A stretch of 64,000 nucleotides of DNA, taken from contig CAWDTA010000002.1 of NCBI GenBank assembly GCA_963805085.1, forward strand, positions 640,001 through 704,000, given 5' to 3'. The position numbers and the translations under genes were made by a program. This DNA comes from an uncultured Veillonellaceae bacterium (GTDB taxonomy: Bacteria > Bacillota > Negativicutes > JARBTT01). The notes beneath the pieces are model-generated. The model was not told the origin of the DNA. It did no database searches and saw only the letters and a program-made list of their open reading frames with translations. Position 1 is the stretch's first letter; each line of letters begins with the position of its first letter. Below are positions 9,569-20,658 of this stretch, one piece after another.

Positions 9569-10684
9569 TTAAAATAAATTTATATACTTCATATCTATCT
9601 TTAAATTTTTAAAGAGAAAAGGAAAACAGGTATTGATTATAAACTTTATTTTATAGTTTTCATATTCATACCAAATAGATTTAATGTAAAAATATAACGC
9701 TTTGAATCTATGTAATTTTTTACACACAAAACCTAATGTAAAATACTTTTTAGCAATTTGTTTTTGATAAGCCTTGATGCATGCATCTTTATTTGCTTTC
9801 ATAGTAGCATTTGTGATATATTTAATTCTATTTTTCCTGAATTTAACATGATAATATCCGCAAAAAACCAACTTATTAACAATAGATTTATCATTTATCA
9901 TTTTATCGAAATCAATATTTCTTCGATCAACAAAAAAGTACAGGTTGTCATTATTTCCCTGATTATAAATAAAATGACAGTCTCGTATTAAACAAATTTT
10001 ATGATTCATTATAACTCTTGTTGCAAAATCAATGTCCTCGCTTCCCCAGAATTCCTCATTAAATAGACCTACTTCCTTAATGAGTTTACTATTAAATACC
10101 ATAGTACATATGTGATAGCAGTATAATTCATTTATGACTGCATATTCATAAAAGTCTTCATCGAAAAATATCACATTATCTATTACTTTAGCGTTCAAAT
10201 CGTTAATTGCTTTTACTAATTTATTTGATTCATCAGGCTGATCAAAAGTGCGGTATAACTTGTCTGCTTTTCTTTCCATTACTAAAGAAAAGCAGACATT
10301 TAAATTATACTTTTTTAAGGTTTCAACACTTTTACTTAAATGATGTTCTACCCATTCATCATCTGAGTCTAAAAATGCTAGATAATCTCCTGATGAATTA
10401 ATAATTCCATGATTTCTCGCCCCTGAAACTCCCTTACACCGCTGATTAAGAAAATATCGTATTCTCTTATCAGTTTTAATATAATTATCAACCAAATCTT
10501 TAGTTTCATCAGTGCTATTATCATCTACTATTATTAATTCCCAATTGGTGTATTTTTGTTTAATAACCGAATTAATAGCTTTTGTTAGAGTATATGCTCT
10601 GTTATAAGTTGGTATAATTATACTAACAAGTGGGTCTTTGATATTTTGTTCCATACTAAAATTATTCTCTTGACTTGCATTCAT
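9569..10684 (-). CDS. Glycosyltransferase family 2
   Basis: VSIIIPTYNRA, IVDDNSTD, GVSGARNHG, FLDSDD, EDIDF. Confidence 0.92.
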   Translation of the reverse strand: MNASQENNFSMEQNIKDPLVSIIIPTYNRAYTLTKAINSVIKQKYTNWELIIVDDNSTDETKDLVDNYIKTDKRIRYFLNQRCKGVSGARNHGIINSSGDYLAFLDSDDEWVEHHLSKSVETLKKYNLNVCFSLVMERKADKLYRTFDQPDESNKLVKAINDLNAKVIDNVIFFDEDFYEYAVINELYCYHICTMVFNSKLIKEVGLFNEEFWGSEDIDFATRVIMNHKICLIRDCHFIYNQGNNDNLYFFVDRRNIDFDKMINDKSIVNKLVFCGYYHVKFRKNRIKYITNATMKANKDACIKAYQKQIAKKYFTLGFVCKKLHRFKALYFYIKSIWYEYENYKIKFIINTCFPFLFKNLKIDMKYINLF

Positions 10685-10749
10685 TTTATCGCTCTCCTTT
10701 GATAACACTACAAACTCCCACTCATGCTTTAGTTCTGAAAAAATTCCAA

Positions 10750-11818
<1,069 letters not shown>

Positions 11819-11856
11819 ATCATTTATCCTCCATTCACTCTCTATCTCAATTGAAC

Positions 11857-13473
11857 TTATGCCTTAAGTGTTAATCCTTCTTGTCGCGGATCACTGACTC
11901 CAACCCATGTATTGCCTTCTTTAACTGCTAACTGTGCTCCACCACCAGCCTTATATAGCGGTACTTTCCTTACAGGATGTCCCTTCTTTAAAAGTTCGTC
12001 TATCGTGCTGGCAGGACATGTCTCTTCAATTTTAAGTTGTATTTTATCACTAGGTTCGCTTGGATCATTACCAGGAATAAACGTCCATCGCGATTCATTA
12101 TTTAACAGTTTTTTTATATTAGCATTATATACTAAAATTTTATATAGATTCTGGCTATTCCATTGTATCTGCCCGTCTCCACCAGGTGTACCGCCTACAC
12201 ATATACATTCTTTAGCTTCATTTAGCACTACAAAGGATCCTAATGTATTGATTGGCCTTTTTCCGCCTTGAATACAATTAGGATGAGATGGATGCATGGT
12301 AAAGCCTCGCCCAACGCGATTGTTTAAAATAATACCTGTATCTCCTATAGTAATGCCAGCTCCAAAACCTAAAGATAGACTTGCTATGCAACTACAAACA
12401 TTGCCATCCTTATCTATAGCATAAAAATAGGTCGTATCTCCATAGAAATAGTTACTATTGCTCTTTTTTATATTTTTAGCTTTGTCATAAGATATCTGAT
12501 TTCTAATATATTGAATCATACTATCTGAAAACATATAATCTAAATCTACAGAAACAAATTTAGGATCACCAATATAATTTCCTCTAATCTCATTGATGCA
12601 TTTTACAGTCTCAACCATATAATGTATCAAATCAGCTTCATTGCGTATGTTTATATTTTCTAAAACTTTTAGTGTTAATAACATCATAAAACCTTGCGAG
12701 GGCAATGAGTTCTGATAAATATAATTTCCTTTAAATTTTATTTCTAAAGGTTCTTCAAATTGCACTGAAAAATTTGACAGATCTTCTTTCGTAAAAAATC
12801 CATTATTAGCTTTAGATGTAGCAATGAGCTTGTCTGCAATTTCACCTTGATAAAAAAAGTTTCTTCCTTGATTCGCCACTTTTTCAAGAGTCACACCAAG
12901 TTTTTTTTGCTGTAATGTTTCTCCACTATTATAAAACTCGCCATTTTTATAATATATGTCCAATAAGTTTCTATCATTTAATGCTGTCTTATGGCAATTC
13001 TTCAACCAGTGGCTTAATTGAGGAGTAACCTCAAATCCATCAATGGCATATTGTATTGCGGGCTGCCATATTTTTTTTAATGGCATACTGCCAAATTTAT
13101 TCAAAAGTTCAAAATAAGCAGCAGGTGCACTTGGAACTGCTGAGGACGTTATCCCTAACAGAGGCAGGGATGAATATCCATTATTAATAAAATACTCTGC
13201 ATTAATTTTGGATGGAGCAGTTCCAGCTCCATTTAATGAATATACTTTCTTTTCTGCAGCGCAATAATATAATAAAAACAAGTCTCCACCCAAACCACAA
13301 GACATTGGTAAGGTTACATTCAAAACCCCTGCCATAGCTAGGCAAGCATCTGCTGCGTTTCCTCCATTTTTTAAGATATCCACTCCTGTTTTTGTAGCCA
13401 ACTGACTTCCGCTTGCAACCATTCCAAACGTCTTACTGTTATTATACGCTAACTCTTCCTGATTTAAGTTCAC
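11857..13473 (-). CDS. Gamma-glutamyltransferase-family Ntn hydrolase
   Basis: GGNAADA, GLGGDLF, GDTTY (Thr nucleophile), GTPGGDGQ, DPRQEG; no signal peptide. Confidence 0.9.
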   Translation of the reverse strand: MNLNQEELAYNNSKTFGMVASGSQLATKTGVDILKNGGNAADACLAMAGVLNVTLPMSCGLGGDLFLLYYCAAEKKVYSLNGAGTAPSKINAEYFINNGYSSLPLLGITSSAVPSAPAAYFELLNKFGSMPLKKIWQPAIQYAIDGFEVTPQLSHWLKNCHKTALNDRNLLDIYYKNGEFYNSGETLQQKKLGVTLEKVANQGRNFFYQGEIADKLIATSKANNGFFTKEDLSNFSVQFEEPLEIKFKGNYIYQNSLPSQGFMMLLTLKVLENINIRNEADLIHYMVETVKCINEIRGNYIGDPKFVSVDLDYMFSDSMIQYIRNQISYDKAKNIKKSNSNYFYGDTTYFYAIDKDGNVCSCIASLSLGFGAGITIGDTGIILNNRVGRGFTMHPSHPNCIQGGKRPINTLGSFVVLNEAKECICVGGTPGGDGQIQWNSQNLYKILVYNANIKKLLNNESRWTFIPGNDPSEPSDKIQLKIEETCPASTIDELLKKGHPVRKVPLYKAGGGAQLAVKEGNTWVGVSDPRQEGLTLKA

Positions 13474-14287
13474 ATATAGCCCCTCCTTTCTTCTTAGCTA
13501 TACAAAAGGCACTGGCATGATATGTCGAATATTGTTCATTGTTATTGTCCAATTTAAGCTTTTCTATAAAATAACTACAGACAGCATCCTGCTGTTTTTT
13601 ATCTAGAGGATGAAGCCACATACTTCCTGATGCTTTTAACCAAGAAAAGTATTCTTCAAAATTGGAAAAATATACTTTTCTTAATACCAGTCCATAATCA
13701 CTTACTACTAAATCTTTTTCAACAAACGACCTCATTAATTCCACAGGTGTAATCCTTCTTTTACTAAATGAATCAAACTTCTTATAATAATCCACAAGAC
13801 CTAGCTGGTTTATAGACAACAGAAATTCTCTTTCTTCTTCATCTAGTACTGCTTCGATTTCATTATCAATTCCTGCAGTATATATTGCCAAAATCCCATC
13901 ATTCCTCAAAGAAGATACCAATTTTTCTAAAACACGCTCTTTATTAAACCAATGAAATGCAGCATTACTTATTATGACATCATAAAGATCTATATCTAAC
14001 TCCTCAATATTGCCTTGAATAAATTTTATATTATGAATATTTAACAAATCAGCTTGTTTCTTCCCAACATCAAGCATGTCAGAAGATAAATCTATACCAG
14101 CGAAATTACAGTTAGGATGTTGTTGTGTCAAATGTAGTAAAATATTCCCCGTTCCACAACCAACATCAAGAACATGATCTCCCTCCTTTAACTGAATATT
14201 CCTGACTAGTTCTAAACCGTTTAAGAATTGTGCTTTTGTGTTTAAATCTTTATAGATATCCCCGTCAACCCAATAGTTTTTACTCAT
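13442..14287 (-). CDS. Class I SAM-dependent methyltransferase
   Basis: VLDVGCGTG, GIDLSSDML, SNAAFHW. Confidence 0.9.
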   Translation of the reverse strand: MSKNYWVDGDIYKDLNTKAQFLNGLELVRNIQLKEGDHVLDVGCGTGNILLHLTQQHPNCNFAGIDLSSDMLDVGKKQADLLNIHNIKFIQGNIEELDIDLYDVIISNAAFHWFNKERVLEKLVSSLRNDGILAIYTAGIDNEIEAVLDEEEREFLLSINQLGLVDYYKKFDSFSKRRITPVELMRSFVEKDLVVSDYGLVLRKVYFSNFEEYFSWLKASGSMWLHPLDKKQQDAVCSYFIEKLKLDNNNEQYSTYHASAFCIAKKKGGAICELKSGRVSV

Positions 14288-14345
14288 GATTTTCCCCACA
14301 ATCGCTATTGCATTACTCTTACTTATTTTAAACCTATAAGTTTCC

Positions 14346-14948
14346 CTACACCATCTTAAGTAAGTGATGACATCGCTCTTTCTTAGTTTTTAAATACTGT
14401 CTATTATGAAGATTAGGTGAAATTTCGATTTGCTCTACTTTGATTTCAAAGCCACTATCGACTAACGCTTTTATTTTATCTGGATTATTCGTCATTAATC
14501 GTAATGATCGCATTCCTAATTCTTTTAATATGTATACAGCAAAACTATAGTCTCTTGAATCATTGGCAAATCCAAGTTTTATATTTGCTTCAACAGTATC
14601 TAAGTTAAATTTTTGTTGAAGATAATAAGCATTTGCTTTATTAAATAACCCGATTCCTCTCCCTTCTTGTCTAAGATAAATTAAGACACCTAATTTTTCA
14701 TCAGCAATTCTTTTCATTGCTTCTCTTAATTGGTTCATACAATCACATCTCAAGGAAGTAAATACCTCACCAGTAATACATTCAGAGTGAATTCTTACTA
14801 ATGCACCTTTTTTTAATGTTTTTATATTACCCATTGATAATACAATCGGATTACTCCCATCAAACAATTCAAATACTTGGGTCTTAAACTCCCCAAACTC
14901 CGTAGGCAGTGTAAATTTTTCTGAAGACCTCATAACCAATTTTTCCAT
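14346..14948 (-). CDS. ribA: GTP cyclohydrolase II (monofunctional)
   Basis: RIHSECITG...RCDC, RQEGRGIGL, DTVEAN, LMTNNPDK, YLKTK. Confidence 0.95.
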   Translation of the reverse strand: MEKLVMRSSEKFTLPTEFGEFKTQVFELFDGSNPIVLSMGNIKTLKKGALVRIHSECITGEVFTSLRCDCMNQLREAMKRIADEKLGVLIYLRQEGRGIGLFNKANAYYLQQKFNLDTVEANIKLGFANDSRDYSFAVYILKELGMRSLRLMTNNPDKIKALVDSGFEIKVEQIEISPNLHNRQYLKTKKERCHHLLKMV

Positions 14949-15000
14949 TTTTATTAATCTCCTCAACATAGGTTTTCATCTCTAAAAAATTCATCCTTAG

Positions 15001-15813
15001 TCATATATTTAATATTTGTCTTGCTTCTATTGGTGTCGCAATCTCCCTCCCCATCTCCACAGAGTATTTCGTAATACGTTCTACTAATTGTGCATTACTT
15101 GATGCTAATTCATGATATTTATAATAAACATTATCCTCAAAACCCGTTCTTACATGTCCCCCCGCTAAGATACCAGCCAAATTCATAGGCAATTGACTAC
15201 TCCCTACCGCAGCAACAAACCAGTTGCTGTCTTTAGGAATACTTTCAATTAAAAACAATAGATTTTTTACACTAGCTGGTATACCACCATTAACCCCCAG
15301 AACAAATTGAAAATTTAAAGGTCCTTTCACTATGCCTTTTCGTGCAAATTCAACAACATGTCCTATCATTCCAAAATCGAATATCTCAAATTCGGGTCTA
15401 ATTTGGTGCTTGCCAATTTCTTCAGCCAATTTTAAAATAAAGCTTGGTGTGTTAATGAATACCTTACCATTTCTATTAAAAGACCCTGGTGTAAAAGATG
15501 CTATTTCTGGCATACATGTTAATGGTTTTAAACGGCTTGAATCATCTCCGTCCACATTAAAACCTGTGGTTGTTAGACAGATTAATATATCAGTTTTTTC
15601 TCTAATTCGTTCTAATATTTCTCGATATACCTCTACACGCTGACTTGGTGTTCCATCGCACTCTCTTGCATGAATATGGACAATAGATGCTCCTGCATTC
15701 CGGCAGTCATACACAGATTGAGCTATTTCTTTGGGTGTTATCGGTAAATTAGGATTATTCTTCTTTGTTGTAATGCCTCCATTAATTGCGGCGGTAACAA
15801 TCAACTTATTCAA
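15001..15813 (-). CDS. Beta-keto acid cleavage enzyme (BKACE/Kce, DUF849)
   Basis: PITPKEIA, AGASIVHIHAR, PEFEIFD, GGHVRTGFEDN, SNAQLVER; start codon uncertain (15813 or 15822). Confidence 0.92.
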   Translation of the reverse strand: MNKLIVTAAINGGITTKKNNPNLPITPKEIAQSVYDCRNAGASIVHIHARECDGTPSQRVEVYREILERIREKTDILICLTTTGFNVDGDDSSRLKPLTCMPEIASFTPGSFNRNGKVFINTPSFILKLAEEIGKHQIRPEFEIFDFGMIGHVVEFARKGIVKGPLNFQFVLGVNGGIPASVKNLLFLIESIPKDSNWFVAAVGSSQLPMNLAGILAGGHVRTGFEDNVYYKYHELASSNAQLVERITKYSVEMGREIATPIEARQILNI

Positions 15814-15953
15814 CCTTATCACCTTCTATACTTTTTTTATTTTTCTTACACTAATGTAGAAAATTGCCCATTAATAATTCAATATGAACATCGCCTTAAT
15901 ATTAATTTACCATATTTACTAATTAATGCAAATAATTATATAACTTGACCCTC

Positions 15954-16930
15954 GGGGTCAGGCTTGAGTTATATGTAAAATTGACTTATTCTTCTTTAAT
16001 TGTTAGTTAACTCTTGACAAATTCTTGTAATATTGGCTGGATCAATCTGTAGTACTTTGGCTAACTGCGTCCTTGTCATTAAATCTCTCTCAAGCACTTC
16101 ATAAATCAATCGCTTTCTAGCTGCTACTACCTTCCGTATCCGGCACTTCCCTACCAATTTCTCTTGACTTATTTCTTCCTCTACACTAATCTTCTCTACG
16201 AGCTGTTCCCATGTTAACTTCGTTCGGCTTTGTTCCATTTTTGCTTGTAATAGAGTTTTTTGAGTCTCTTTCCCTTGTTCGTTTTCAACGCTATATTCCA
16301 GCTTATCAACGGCAGCCCCTACTAAAATCAGATACTGTGCCCTTGCCTGCTCAGTATTCGTACTCAATGTATTTAATATAAATTCTACATTTACTAATCC
16401 CGGTGCTCTTCTAACATATGACAGATGGCTGCTCCACCTATAGTCCACCCCTTCCAGCATGCTTGCCCGTACTGGATTTTGATGAATATAACATATAAGA
16501 GCCATTAGATAACTCTCTTTCTCACAGATAAAGGCCTTGTAGCGTTGTTCAAATACATGTCCGCTATGTTTCTGATGCCAATTATAATGTTGCGTGTACC
16601 TCTGTTGAATGCCTTGCATAATTTTTGCCAATGGATCTTTTCCTACTTGAAGTAGTAAGTGGACATGATTGTCCATAATCACATAAACGTACAATTGAAA
16701 GTCATATCGCTTTTTATAGTCGGCTAAGATCTCTAGATATTTACCTTTTTCTTCCTCTATTTCAAATACATGTTCCCTATTATTTCCTCTGGCTATTACG
16801 TGATAGATTGCACCTTCATAGTGTACCCTTGGTCTTCTTGCCATCCTTCTCACCCACCAATCTTTCTTGATTTCAAGCTTAGCAGGTCTTTACTATAAGT
16901 CAATTTTTCATATAACTCAAGCCTGACCCC
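15954..16930 (-). mobile_element. TIR-bounded RAYT/Y1 element copy 3 (intact)
   Basis: Same TIR pair as copy 2. Confidence 0.92.
15996..16844 (-). CDS. RAYT-like HUH/Y1 tyrosine transposase
   Basis: Near-identical to 7191-8039. Confidence 0.92.
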   Translation of the reverse strand: MARRPRVHYEGAIYHVIARGNNREHVFEIEEEKGKYLEILADYKKRYDFQLYVYVIMDNHVHLLLQVGKDPLAKIMQGIQQRYTQHYNWHQKHSGHVFEQRYKAFICEKESYLMALICYIHQNPVRASMLEGVDYRWSSHLSYVRRAPGLVNVEFILNTLSTNTEQARAQYLILVGAAVDKLEYSVENEQGKETQKTLLQAKMEQSRTKLTWEQLVEKISVEEEISQEKLVGKCRIRKVVAARKRLIYEVLERDLMTRTQLAKVLQIDPANITRICQELTNN

Positions 16931-16931
16931 A

Positions 16932-17207
16932 AAACACCCCACTCTTAATAATATAGCTGATTTTTTTGGGGTATCAATTGATTACCTCCTCGGTAGAGAA
17001 AACCTATCTACAACCAGTGTTGCCCCCGCCTCGCAAATAACAGAATTATCACAAGAAGACCTTGCTCTTCTTGAAGTAGCCCGCCAATTAAAAAACCTCC
17101 CGGACACTGACCGGAAGGAGATCGAATCGTATATTCAATATAAAAAACACAGCAACAAAAATAACGTTCAAGCCGATGCAAAAAAAAATAAGAAATCTAC
17201 CGTGTAA
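16932..17207 (+). pseudogene. N-terminally truncated XRE/phage repressor-like HTH protein
   Basis: Hand translation: ..TLNNIADFFGVSIDYLLGRE...DRKEIESYIQY..STV*; no start codon, begins at the TIR. Confidence 0.75.
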
Positions 17208-17279
17208 TGTCTTCATGAAAATGATTTAATAACGAATACATACTTTCCAAAATTAATAGCAGAAAAGCCACTACACGTC

Positions 17280-17313
17280 AAAAAATCCTTCCAGCAAAAC
17301 GCTAGAAGGATTA
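17280..17313. terminator. Hairpin terminator
   Basis: aatccttccagc-aaaac-gctagaaggatt with flanking A-run. Confidence 0.5.
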
Positions 17314-17331
17314 AAATTATTAGATTAGAAC

Positions 17332-17354
17332 TTTGAACCCTCGACCCACGGCTT
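17332..17354 (-). other. tRNA 3'-half fragment, possible att-site scar
   Basis: Minus strand AAGCCGTGGGTCGAGGGTTCAAA resembles the anticodon stem 3' side, variable loop and T-arm of a tRNA-Arg. Confidence 0.4.
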
Positions 17355-17526
17355 GGGAATGAATTATGTAAATTTTATATTATAATTTTATTTTTACATA
17401 ATCTATAAAATCAATAATTCAAGGGTTTACTTTTTTATAAATTCCACTAATTATTTTATTTCTAGTGTTTATTGTCCACCTTTTAACCACCTATCATAAT
17501 GATTAACAAAAGATGTAATATTATCC

Positions 17527-19372
17527 TTAATCACCAAAATCAATTTTTTCTTCTGCAGCATTGAAAATATCAATTCTATTTTCAACATCAATTTTATTAA
17601 CAAGCCATCCTCTGAGTAAACAATTTTTTATAAAATCATCAATTCGATTGACACCATCTATCTCTTTTAACGTTACTACAATACCAAACTTTATCCCTAC
17701 TCCATATTTTTCATCTAAACGTTCTTTTGTTTTTAAACTTACTCCCCAAATTTCTTTATCATAGCGCTTTTTCGCACGATTAACTTTTTTTGACACTTCC
17801 CTAATGTGCTTCACATTATCCCATTTTCTAAAATACTTTCTTGCATCTTCCTCCCACGTAAAATATTCAACTTCCGCACTTTGATAATTATTATCTATGG
17901 GCTTTATTCCCTTATCAGTTAACCTACCAAGTTGTATTTCAAGTTCCGTATTTGTATAATCAACCCCTTGGCTTCGAGAACAACAGGGGAAATAACATAA
18001 AGTTGCTTTTACAATAAAGGGATGTTTTTCCTTACTTATGGGCACAGGAATATTATAATTGTATGTATCATATTTTTCCGAAACACCCGATAAAACAAAT
18101 TGTATCTCATCATCTGGACAACGAACGATATCATCAATTTTCATTGGAACTATTCCGTGCCCAATAAGAGAAGAGTCAACTACTTGCTTATCCCAACCAG
18201 TTGCCGCATTTATTATTAGAGCTTTTGCCACTTCTCTGCTTAATCCTAGAATATTAATTAAATAAGACATTTTCCTTGCTATCCAGGGGGCTGCAAAAGA
18301 GGTTCCTCCTACAAACGCTTCACCAGTTGAAGTGCATACTCGCATAAGATTTGCTCCATCACCACCGTAATAACTGATATCAGGTTTTGTAAAAAATGAT
18401 AACACCGGACCTTTCCGAGTATAAGAGGCAGGGCGGTTATCAAAATTAACAGAATTAACAACCAGCGAATTTATAGAGTCAGCAGGTGCCCCTATAGCCT
18501 TAACTTGTTTTTCAGTAGAAACTTTATTAGTTCCGGCAATAATAAATGTTACATCACTTTCATACTGTATTCTATCCAATATTGCTGCTTCAGGCGAAAT
18601 GAAGTTTGGATTTATTTCAAGCTTAGATCCGAGAGATAAATTCCAAACTTTAATATCTTTGTTTGACGATATTATTTCATTAATATTTCTTAAAATTGTA
18701 AATGAACTAAACTGATTTCCGGCAGCAACACCAAAATGTCGTACGCGAAACCTACCACAACCATCATCCATATGAGGATTAGATGAAGGACCGTCTACTA
18801 TAATAGAGGATACCGCGGTTCCATGATTATAGTCGTTTGTTGATAACGAAATATCTTCGGGCAACATATTTTTAAATTCAACCCACTCAGAAAAGTATAC
18901 CTTTTCATCAAACATAGTATCAATTACACCGATTATAGGTTCATTCTTAGGGGAAGGAATAGCTATTACAGTATGATCACAAAAATCAAAATCAACTTTT
19001 GTTAGTTTTGTTATGTCACTAACTGCCATAGATATTAAATATGGAGCTTTTTGTTTTAAAAGAGCTAATTCATCAGGTCTTAATAAAATTGTCGTATCAT
19101 CCATTACTCTAGTAAACTGCAAACTGATACCTAACTTTTCCATGAGCTTTGTTGCCTTAACATCTGTTTTATATATAGTAATAATAGCTTCATCTTTTAA
19201 ATCTATATCATCAACTAATACATCAAATTTTTCAACATAAAAAGCATCTACTATTACCTTAAGAAAATTAGTTTTTGCAATCTTTGATGGGGTAAAGGCA
19301 ATTTGTTTTGAATTAATTTTCTCGATTATGTCATGGGTGATTGCCCCATTGAATTTTTTATTTAAGACTCTT
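17527..19372 (-). pseudogene. S8 subtilisin-like protease (Y4bN/IetS type), N-terminally truncated
   Basis: GVIDT, HGTAVSS, WNLSLG, GTSFAAP triad motifs; the predicted start lies in the GGGGTCA junction duplication. Confidence 0.8.
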
Positions 19373-19388
19373 GGGGTCAAAGACTCTT

Positions 19389-19527
19389 AGGGTCAGGCTT
19401 GAGTTATATATAAAATTGACTTATTTTTCTTTAATTGTTGGTTAACTCTTGACAAACTCTTGTAATATTGGCTGGATCAATCTGTAGTACTTTGGCCAAC
19501 TGCGTCCTTGTCATTAGCTCTCTCTCA
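19389..19527 (-). mobile_element. TIR plus 3' tip of RAYT (copy 4, fragment)
   Basis: agggtcaggcttgagttata... followed by sequence coding ERELMTRTQLAKVLQIDPANITRVCQELTNN. Confidence 0.85.
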
Positions 19528-19743
19528 TGAACGCCTCTCCAGTTCCTTAATTATCTTGTCAAAATCCGACTCAAACTGTTGGTCCTGTATAACCCTATAT
19601 TTATTGTATTCACCTTCCGCCAGAGCTGCAGCTACCTGATGCGATATCTTTCCTGCATACTGCAAAACCTCATACTCGTTGAATTGAAGAAAGGCATCCA
19701 GATTATAATATTCGAGCTTACGCGACACTTCCCGTTTCCCTTC

Positions 19744-20490
19744 AATCAAAACCACCCGTCCAACGGGTGGTTTGAACTGAGGCTGTAAGCCTCTATTACT
19801 AGCCAGCGTCTAAAGGCGCTGGCTTTCACTTTGTTCAAGCCACTGTGGTTTTGTCATTTTTACTATCCCTCAAGGGATATTTGTACTATTTTACTTTTTA
19901 CCCTTAAAAGGGTCTTCATATTCTCTAACACTTAATTTATCTAGTGCCTGATCATGTTTTTCTTGCTCTTGTATATATTTTTTTATAGTGGCTTCATTCA
20001 ATCCTACTGTACTTACATAATATCCTTCTGCCCAAAAATGTCTGTTCCCATATTTATACTTTAGGTTACTATGCTTTTCGAATATCATCAGTGCACTTTT
20101 TCCTTTTAAGTATCCCATAAATGCAGATACACTAATTTTCGGTGGTATTGACACTAACATATGCACATGGTCTACCATCAAATGCCCCTCTAATATTTCT
20201 ACCCCCTTGTAACTACATAATCTCCTTAATATTTCCCCTATACTTTCTCTGTATTGCCCATATATTATTTTTCTTCTATACTTCGGCGTAAATACTATAT
20301 GATACTTGCACATCCATTTGGTATGTGCTAAACTTTGAGCCATAAACTCACCGATCCTTTCTTGTAATAGTGGCCTGAACACCCTCTATTATAAGAATCC
20401 GGTGAGTTTTTGTATAACTTCTGTCGCGCACCTGCATAGCAGGTGGTTTTTTGTTTCGTTCGCTTCGCTACCTCAACAGACTAAAGTCTA
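19744..20490 (-). mobile_element. IS200-family insertion sequence
   Basis: tnpA only; subterminal hairpins (19750-19773, 19801-19824, 20345-20408); interrupts the RhuM reading frame; ends approximate. Confidence 0.85.
19891..20343 (-). CDS. tnpA: IS200/IS605 family transposase
   Basis: CKYHIVFTPKYRR, DHVHML, LKGKS, FWAEGYYVSTVG, YIQEQ. Confidence 0.95.
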   Translation of the reverse strand: MAQSLAHTKWMCKYHIVFTPKYRRKIIYGQYRESIGEILRRLCSYKGVEILEGHLMVDHVHMLVSIPPKISVSAFMGYLKGKSALMIFEKHSNLKYKYGNRHFWAEGYYVSTVGLNEATIKKYIQEQEKHDQALDKLSVREYEDPFKGKK

Positions 20491-20658
20491 AATTTGAACT
20501 GTCAAAATTTCTTTGACAGTTGCTTCTCGATCCAATTCATTCTCTTTATAAATGTTCTGTAAATGATAGCTGATACTTTGTTTGCTCGTACCAAACAGTT
20601 CTGCCATGCGATTCATAGCCCATGGTAGCCTATGGGGTCATAGCCTATGGTAGCCCTC

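Larger units (their letters stand above)
19525..20617 (-). pseudogene. RhuM-family (Fic-associated) protein, split by IS200 and internally deleted
   Basis: MAELFGTSKQSISYHLQNIYKENELDREATVKEILTVQ | IS | IEGKREVSRKLEYYNLDA fused to FLQFNEYEVL...GKISH...ESDFDK. Confidence 0.75.

Noticed and set aside
15823-15953. FMN riboswitch upstream of the rib-like operon
   Set aside because: Short AT-rich stretch without RFN consensus
17561-19240. Antisense ORFs over the S8 protease and similar ones over core genes
   Set aside because: Opposite-strand shadows of well-supported CDSs
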